Below, in pieces: positions 55,900 through 64,000 of a stretch of 64,000 bases of DNA; within the stretch, counting starts at the first letter, position 1; the number at the start of each line of letters is the position of its first letter. Location: the NCBI RefSeq assembly GCF_009914755.1, contig NC_060926.1, one strand, 5' to 3'. The notes under the pieces are model-generated. The model ran no database searches. It was not told the origin of the DNA and worked only from the letters and a program-made list of their open reading frames with translations. This DNA is from the human T2T-CHM13v2.0 reference genome, Homo sapiens. Both the position numbers and the translations under genes were made by a program.

Positions 55900-57950
55900 G
55901 CTACCGCGAAACTTACCTGCAGCTTCACCATTCTCTCTAGGTGAAAGTGACCGGTCCCTGGGCCAAGACTCCCATCACCTCCCGCCTTCTTGGTGACCCT
56001 GACCTATCAATTATTCATTTTTCCCACTTTCTTATCTTGGATGTTTAATCTCTCTCCCTCTCCTTCTCTTTCTCTCTCTCTGCCTATTCCTTTCCAACAG
56101 CAATTAAACTTGTTCAAGTCTCGTGTCTTGAAAAACACATTCTTTCCACCCTCTCTTTCCCTCCAGGTTTCTCTGTCCTCCCCTTCACTGTCAAACCTGT
56201 ATATAAAATTTGTGTAGTTATGTTTTTCTACAAACCTCCCCTTATTTTCTCTACCCATGCCACTGACAAGATAAAATCTAAGTCCTTGGATGTGGCCTGC
56301 CTCACCCTTTACTGTCTGCCTCTTCTTACACCACGCTGGTAATTCCCTCCTACCACTCCAATGAAATTGCTCTTGCCAAGGTCATCTACAATCAGCCCTC
56401 CTGTCATTCATTATTTCTTGAGCTCTTGGTAGAATTTGACCTTGAAGTCTGTACTCTTTATCCTGAAGTCTTTTTCTTCAGCTTCTTGGCCAATAAATTC
56501 CACTGGATTTTCTCCTACCTTTCCCTCCACCCCTTCTCCGTTTCCATTGAGGGAGCCTCTTCCCTTGTTGGTTTATTTAATGTTGTCATTCTTCAGAGCT
56601 GGCCTGGGTCCTCTTTTCTTCTCACTCTACCTGCCCCAGGGCAATCTCAGGGGCATCTAGGCCTTCAGTTAGCGTCTAAATGATGAAGGCTCCCAAAAGT
56701 GTAACTACACCTCAGATCTGTCCCTTAAGCTTCATCTGTCTCTTAAGCTTCACATCTACCTATCCAACTGCCTTCTAGCCACCAATCCCTCAAAAACAAC
56801 ATGCCCCAAATCATCTGCACCATGAACTCATCTCCCTCCTCACACCAAGTCTGTTCTGCTTTCTCTTTTCCCTATCTTAGAAGATGGCACCATTAGCTCC
56901 CACATGACCCCAGGAAGAGCATCAGTCACCCTTCTCCATACCCCGGGTACAACCATCCACCCGTCCCCATGGACACTTCCTCTTATAGATCGCTGACATT
57001 CCACTCTCTCTGCTCCCACTGTCATTCACCCTGGAGCAGGCCATCATCACCTCTTGTCTGAATTACAGCAATAGCCATCCAATGGAAGTCCCCACATATG
57101 CTGTCACCTCCCACAAATCCATTCTCCACTCCCCTGCCAGAGGATTGGATCACACCACACCATCGTCCTGCTTCAGTGACGCCCTACTCTTCTTAAGATA
57201 AAATCTAAGCCCTTGGATCACCACACCATCGTCCTGCTTCAATGATGCCCTACTCTTCTTAAGATAAAATCTAAGCCCTTGGATGTGGCCTGCCTCACCC
57301 TTTACTGTCTGCCTCTTCTTATACCACGCTGGTAATTCACCACTTTCTCCCTTTCAGCCTCCACATGCTGAAATGGAACATGATTTTCCCTTTCCTATGC
57401 CAGGGTTCATATATATTATTTCTTCTGTGTGGGATGTGCATCCTCTAGCCCTTTTTCCTGAAACTTCCTCTCATTGTTAGCTCCAAGCTTACACAGCATT
57501 GAGAAGGAAGCCTTCTCAATGTCACTAATCTGATTTAGGTGTCACTAAATATCAACTCTGCCACTTATTAGCAGTAGGATTTTAGACCACTTACTTAATA
57601 TTTCTGTCCCTCAGTTTCCTTATATGGAAAAGAAGATAAATAAGTGCTAACATCATAGAGTTGCTGTGAAGATTAAATGATAGTCGTGCCTTGCATGTGT
57701 TTGTTATTATCATCGTCATTAGTATTATTACTAGCTCTCACAGCGCAGTCTGAACTTCTCGTATCTGAGTACTCGCCATGCCATTTTGTACTTGGCTATT
57801 TACTCCTCTGTATCTTCCCACAGAGTTTGCAATCTGGAATAGCAGGCTTATATACACCTTCTTTGTTATCGTATGTCCAGTGCCTAGCACAGTGCCTAAC
57901 ATTCAATAAGTAATCACTAAATATCTGCTATATAAATAAATAAATAAAGC
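55900..57950. mobile_element. L2 fragments with MIR
   Basis: ccactccaatgaaattgctcttgccaaggtca; ccagtgcctagcacagtgcct...aataaataaat. Confidence 0.65.
57153..57284 (+). repeat. 66-bp tandem duplication
   Basis: 57153-57218 versus 57219-57284, 2 mismatches. Confidence 0.92.
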
Positions 57951-59494
57951 TTAATGCTTAACAAAATATGAATTTTTGCACATAGAAATGAATGAGAATG
58001 TAGCACCTATAAACTAGGCCCCAAATTATTTTACATTAGGTGGACATAAAGTCTTAAGAAAATTCCTAATGATTTTTATTACTATGGCTAGACATTTGTG
58101 CAATCTTCTTAAGAGAGGGGAATGTCCACTTTTTTTAAAGAGAAGTCTAAGATCCTTAAAGCAGAGGGCAAAAGTGAGTGTAAGGTTATTAACATAGAAA
58201 TGCAGATGTTTGGCATTGGAATGAAGAATTTCCAGGAGAAACATAATGCTGAGTGATTGAGATGAATCCCTTCAGGGAGAATTAAGCTCTTGCCGAAAAA
58301 CAAATTGAAATGCATTTGTAGGAATTCTGATCATTTTGAGATCATCTTTCTAAGAAATATTTGTAAAATGTTATAGATTGAGAGCTAGGTTTTTCAAGTT
58401 CAAGGAACATCAGCATTACGTGATTAACAGGAAGATGGTCACTCATTTATAACTCTGAACTCTTGAAAATCAAGTGAAAATATACATCATTGAAAAATGA
58501 TTAAGCTGTTAAGGGGCAGACTAGTATCATGAAGGGAAAATAATGTTTCTCTCTGTAAGTGATTCCAAGAAGATAGCAAGAGAGAATTTCTTCAACACTG
58601 GGGAAAAAAAATGACTGCATGGAAACAATTTAGGTAAATAATAAGAAACCTCTAAACAGTGCCAGGCTCACTTAAGAGTTGAAACCAGACTTTTGCAATT
58701 AACTGATCCTTTGAAAGGTACTTATTTTCATCAATTGGCCAAAACCACCAATGGCAACATGCTCTCCTATAATAGCAGGACCCTCTGAGCAATGCCTCTT
58801 TCACAGCAACATAAAGTATTGAGCGAGGGTGTAGAAGTGGGAGTGTGTGTGTGTTGGGGGTGGGGTATGATGGGGGTGGAGCTGGAGAATGGGAGGGGAA
58901 TGAGAGACACTAAGAGGGAGTTCATAGATCCTGAGAGTGTACAGCTGAGAGACTCAGAAAGGAGAACATGGAGCCCTCAAGAAATGCTAGAGAAGAAGAA
59001 CATAAATTACTTACTTGCAGAGCCACTATGTTCTTTTATTTTAAATGGCTAATAAAGAAAAAGAAACAAACATAGCTAAATATCTGTTGATAAAACAAAA
59101 TGAAACACATGCTTGCTTATGCCAAACCAGTTTCTGTATATACCTTCTTTAAGAGATAATCTTATTTCCTGAAAACAGGTAGTCAGTCAATCAACAAGTA
59201 TTTCAGAAGCAGCTATCTGCCAAGTACTCAACTGGAAATAAACATGTGTAATAAAATACTGAAAAGAGAAGCAGATTCATAAAGTCCCACATTATAAAAT
59301 ACAAGAACGGGAAAATATATAATCAGTTACGTGTTACAAAGATTTAGGTATGAAATGTTCTAGTTAGGAATGGGAATTAATGTGCCCTTGAGCTTCATGG
59401 GAGGTTTCAAAGAGGAAGTGGAATTTGATCAGAGCCTTAAAATTGGATAATTGAAGATTAAATGAAAGGCATCCTTGGATAAGGAATAGTTCAG

Positions 59495-59900
59495 GCAATG
59501 CATGGATACAGATAAACATACCGTGGAATAGTAATCAGCCATAAAAGTAAATGAAATTGTAATAAATGCTACAGCACTGATTAACCTTGAAAACATCATG
59601 GTAAGTGAAGTCAAACACAAAGAGACAAATATTGTATGATTTCATTTATATGAGGTACCAAGAATAGGCAAACTCATAGAGACAGAAAGTAGAATCGAGG
59701 TTACCAAGGGCAGGGGACAACGGTGAGTTTGATTTAATGGGTACAGAGTTTCTGTTTGGGATGACAAGAAAGTTCTGGAAATGTATAGTGGTGATGGTCT
59801 CACAATACTGTGAATGTGCTTAATGCCACTGAATCGTACCCTCGAAAAATAGTTAAGATGGTAAATGTATTGTTATGTGTATTTTACCACAATTTTTTTA
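59495..59900 (+). mobile_element. L1MB-like 3' fragment
   Basis: accttgaaaacatcatggtaagtgaa...taatgccactgaat...tattttaccacaat. Confidence 0.85.
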
Positions 59901-60082
59901 AAGAAAGAAGCCTTCCTAAATTTTTTTTAAAAGGTGAAAATGGTAAGTTTTTGTCTCACATATTTTGCCACAATACATAAAATATAGAAAGCAAAGGTGT
60001 GGGAGTGAGCCCAGAGCTCTGGAGGGAAGAGGAGGGTAAGAAGGCTGGGATGGTGAAGAAGTGAGGCGGCAAAGGGAGATTC

Positions 60083-60380
60083 TTTTTTTTATTATTTTTG
60101 AGACGGAGTCTCGCTCTGTTGCCCAGGCTGGAGTGCTGTGGCACGATCTCAGCTTACTGCAGCCTCCACCTCCCAGGCTCAACCAATTCTCTGCCTCAGC
60201 CTCCCGTGTAGCTGGGATTACAGGCAGGCGCCACCACACCCAGCTAATGTTTATATTTTTAGTAGAGATGGGGTTTTACCATGTTGGCCAGGCTGGTCTC
60301 AAACTGCTGGCCTCAAGTGATCCGCCTGCCTCGGCCTCCCAAAGTGCTGGGATTACAGGCATGAGCCACCACAACTGGCC
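60083..60380 (-). mobile_element. AluS
   Basis: TSD gcaaagggagattct. Confidence 0.92.
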
Positions 60381-61000
60381 TGCAAAGGGAGATTCTAGTA
60401 GGGGTCTGATGTGAAGGTCTTTAAAGCCAGGCAGGGGCATTTTAATTTGATTTTCTCACCTTTTGTTATTGAACTGAGACGGAACATAAATTTGGCAGTC
60501 ATTTAAAAATGTATTTTGATAGCACTGTGCAGGATGAAACAGAATGCCTGGAGCCAGGGTGAAGGCATTATAATGCTGTAATAATAATGTGCGTTTGAAG
60601 CAATGTGGGCTTAAAGCAGGAAGGCAGGAAGCAGAAATGACTCCCAAGGAAAATTAGAACAGCTGGGGACTGATTGGATGTGGGGGTTCTGAGAAAAAAG
60701 GAGGCTTTAAAAACAACTGGTATTTCAAAACCTGGGCAACTGGGAGAAGAATGAACGGAGCTGGAGAAGTCGGGGGCGGGGAGAGGAGGGCTGCAGATGA
60801 TGACTTGGTTTTGCCTGGATTGAGTCTGGGATGGGGATGAGACATCATGTTTAAATGGTCTTATAGGGAGTAGGAAAGAGGCTAAAACCTCAAGAGATAG
60901 AGGAAATTCAAGTACAGGATTAAGTTGAACAAAAGTGATAACCAACCCCACAAGGTGATTTTTATTTCGTAACCTCAGTGGGGAAATCTTCGGTGCAGGG

Positions 61001-61226
61001 CAGTGGTCCTCATTTGGGGTGATTTTTGTCTCCCAAGGGACATTTGGCAAAGTCTAGAAATATTTTTGGTTGTCACAACTCGGGGGTGAGTGGGCCAGTG
61101 TTAGTGACATCCAACTGATAGAGATCAGGGCTGCCACTAAACATTCTGCAATGTACAGGACACCCCCCACAACAAAGAATTATCTCATCCAAAATATGTC
61201 AACAGTGCCAAGGTTGAGAAAACATG
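61001..61226 (+). mobile_element. MER20
   Basis: cagtggtcctca...ggacatttggcaa...acaaagaattatc...gttgagaaa. Confidence 0.88.
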
Positions 61227-61261
61227 ATTTAGAGAGAGGAAAAAACAGTTGAGTCTTTGAA

Positions 61262-61263
<2 letters not shown>

Positions 61264-61308
<45 letters not shown>
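61264..61308 (+). repeat. (CA)n microsatellite
   Basis: Long perfect CA run. Confidence 0.95.
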
Positions 61309-61312
<4 letters not shown>

Positions 61313-61577
61313 AGGAATAGTCAGAGAGAATGAACCCCTTAATTAAAAGAACTGGGTTATGACGGCCCACAGAGGAGAGGATTTCAAGAAGGCAGGAGTG
61401 GCCCACGTGTACCAATGCTGCTGATGTCTTATCCTCAAGCACTGCTGGCCCTCCAGAGAGTGGATTAATCAACTCCTAGGGGAAGACTCAGGGTGCAGAA
61501 TGGCAGGGGGAGAAGCACCATCAGTTTGTGGCTAAAGGCGGCAAAAACAGACAGCTCAACTGAGAAGCCAGGCATAG

Positions 61578-62147
<570 letters not shown>

Positions 62148-62206
62148 CAACAAACTTATTTTTAATTAGAAGCTGGAAAAGAGTCTCTAATGAAAAAGAA
62201 ACACTT

Positions 62207-62558
<352 letters not shown>

Positions 62559-63305
62559 TTATCCAGTAGGTTACTCTTATTAAAATCTTGCTAAGATATG
62601 AAACGGAAAGTGCCATCAGCGAAACTGTCATTAAACTTGGTAAGAGGAAAAAGTATCAAGTTTCGCTACAGTGTTAGAAATGAAAGAAGTATATTATCTA
62701 AAACAGGCTGAATTATCTTGTTTTAAACAATCAATTCTATGTGCTATATTCTTTAAAACTGTAATGGAAATCAAAACACTATATATTAACAAATATTCTT
62801 TTTAAAAGAAAACAAAAATTGTTTAAGAGTTAAAAGCTTGAACTTTGGAGACAGAGAGACCTGAGTTTGAAACTTGACTTTATCCTTGCTTCCCGGGTGA
62901 CTATAGGCAAGTTGTTTAAACTTTCTAAACCTCAATTTCCTATCTTTAAAGTGGAGATATTTATAACGAAACAACACAACACAGTGGCTGGCATATAAAT
63001 GTTCATTAAATGTTACATATAATATCATATTATTAGATTATCTGTTGTCCTTAGGTAGATTACGAAAAGCTATACAGGCACTTAAAAGATTGATAATTGT
63101 GTCAAATATTTTTGGAACTTTTTTTAGCAATCTGACTTTGAGAGTCAGTATAGTCTCAGTACAGGGAGGTAACATATGTTGTAATCTTAAAATATAATAT
63201 TAAAATCTCTTCAACTATGTACCATACTCAATACAATTAATGCTAAATATCTTTTGATTGTTTCCAAAAATTGAACTGAATTCTACCCTTAAGAGATGAG
63301 GATTT

Positions 63306-63941
<636 letters not shown>

Positions 63942-64000
63942 TCACCAACGAGGCTATACACAGTATAGTTACAGAAGCTTCAAGATGCAGGAGACCTTAG

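Overview
Primate (human-like) genomic DNA, rich in Alu, L1, L2, MaLR LTR and DNA-transposon relics. The right part holds the last coding exon and 3' UTR of FAM124B (minus strand, CDS 50722-51357) and its intron up to the window end; I recognised the gene from its protein sequence (recalled locus 2q36.2). The main result is a multi-exon, unprocessed, minus-strand pseudogene of a secreted peptidase family S28 serine protease (PRSS16/PRCP/DPP7 family) spanning at least 2095-25868. The ORF track shows only fragments of it. I reconstructed exons 1-4 by hand with matching intron phases, plus a truncated later exon and a weaker candidate exon 5. They encode a signal peptide, WFQQKLD[H>C]F, PGGPVFLIVGGE, EHRFY, YLSSRQALA and the nucleophile loop FGGS[Y>C]AGSL, and carry many disabling lesions. 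The exons with the catalytic Asp and His probably lie left of the window. Several locally templated inverted or direct duplications are also present. Repeat subfamily names and boundaries are by eye and approximate.
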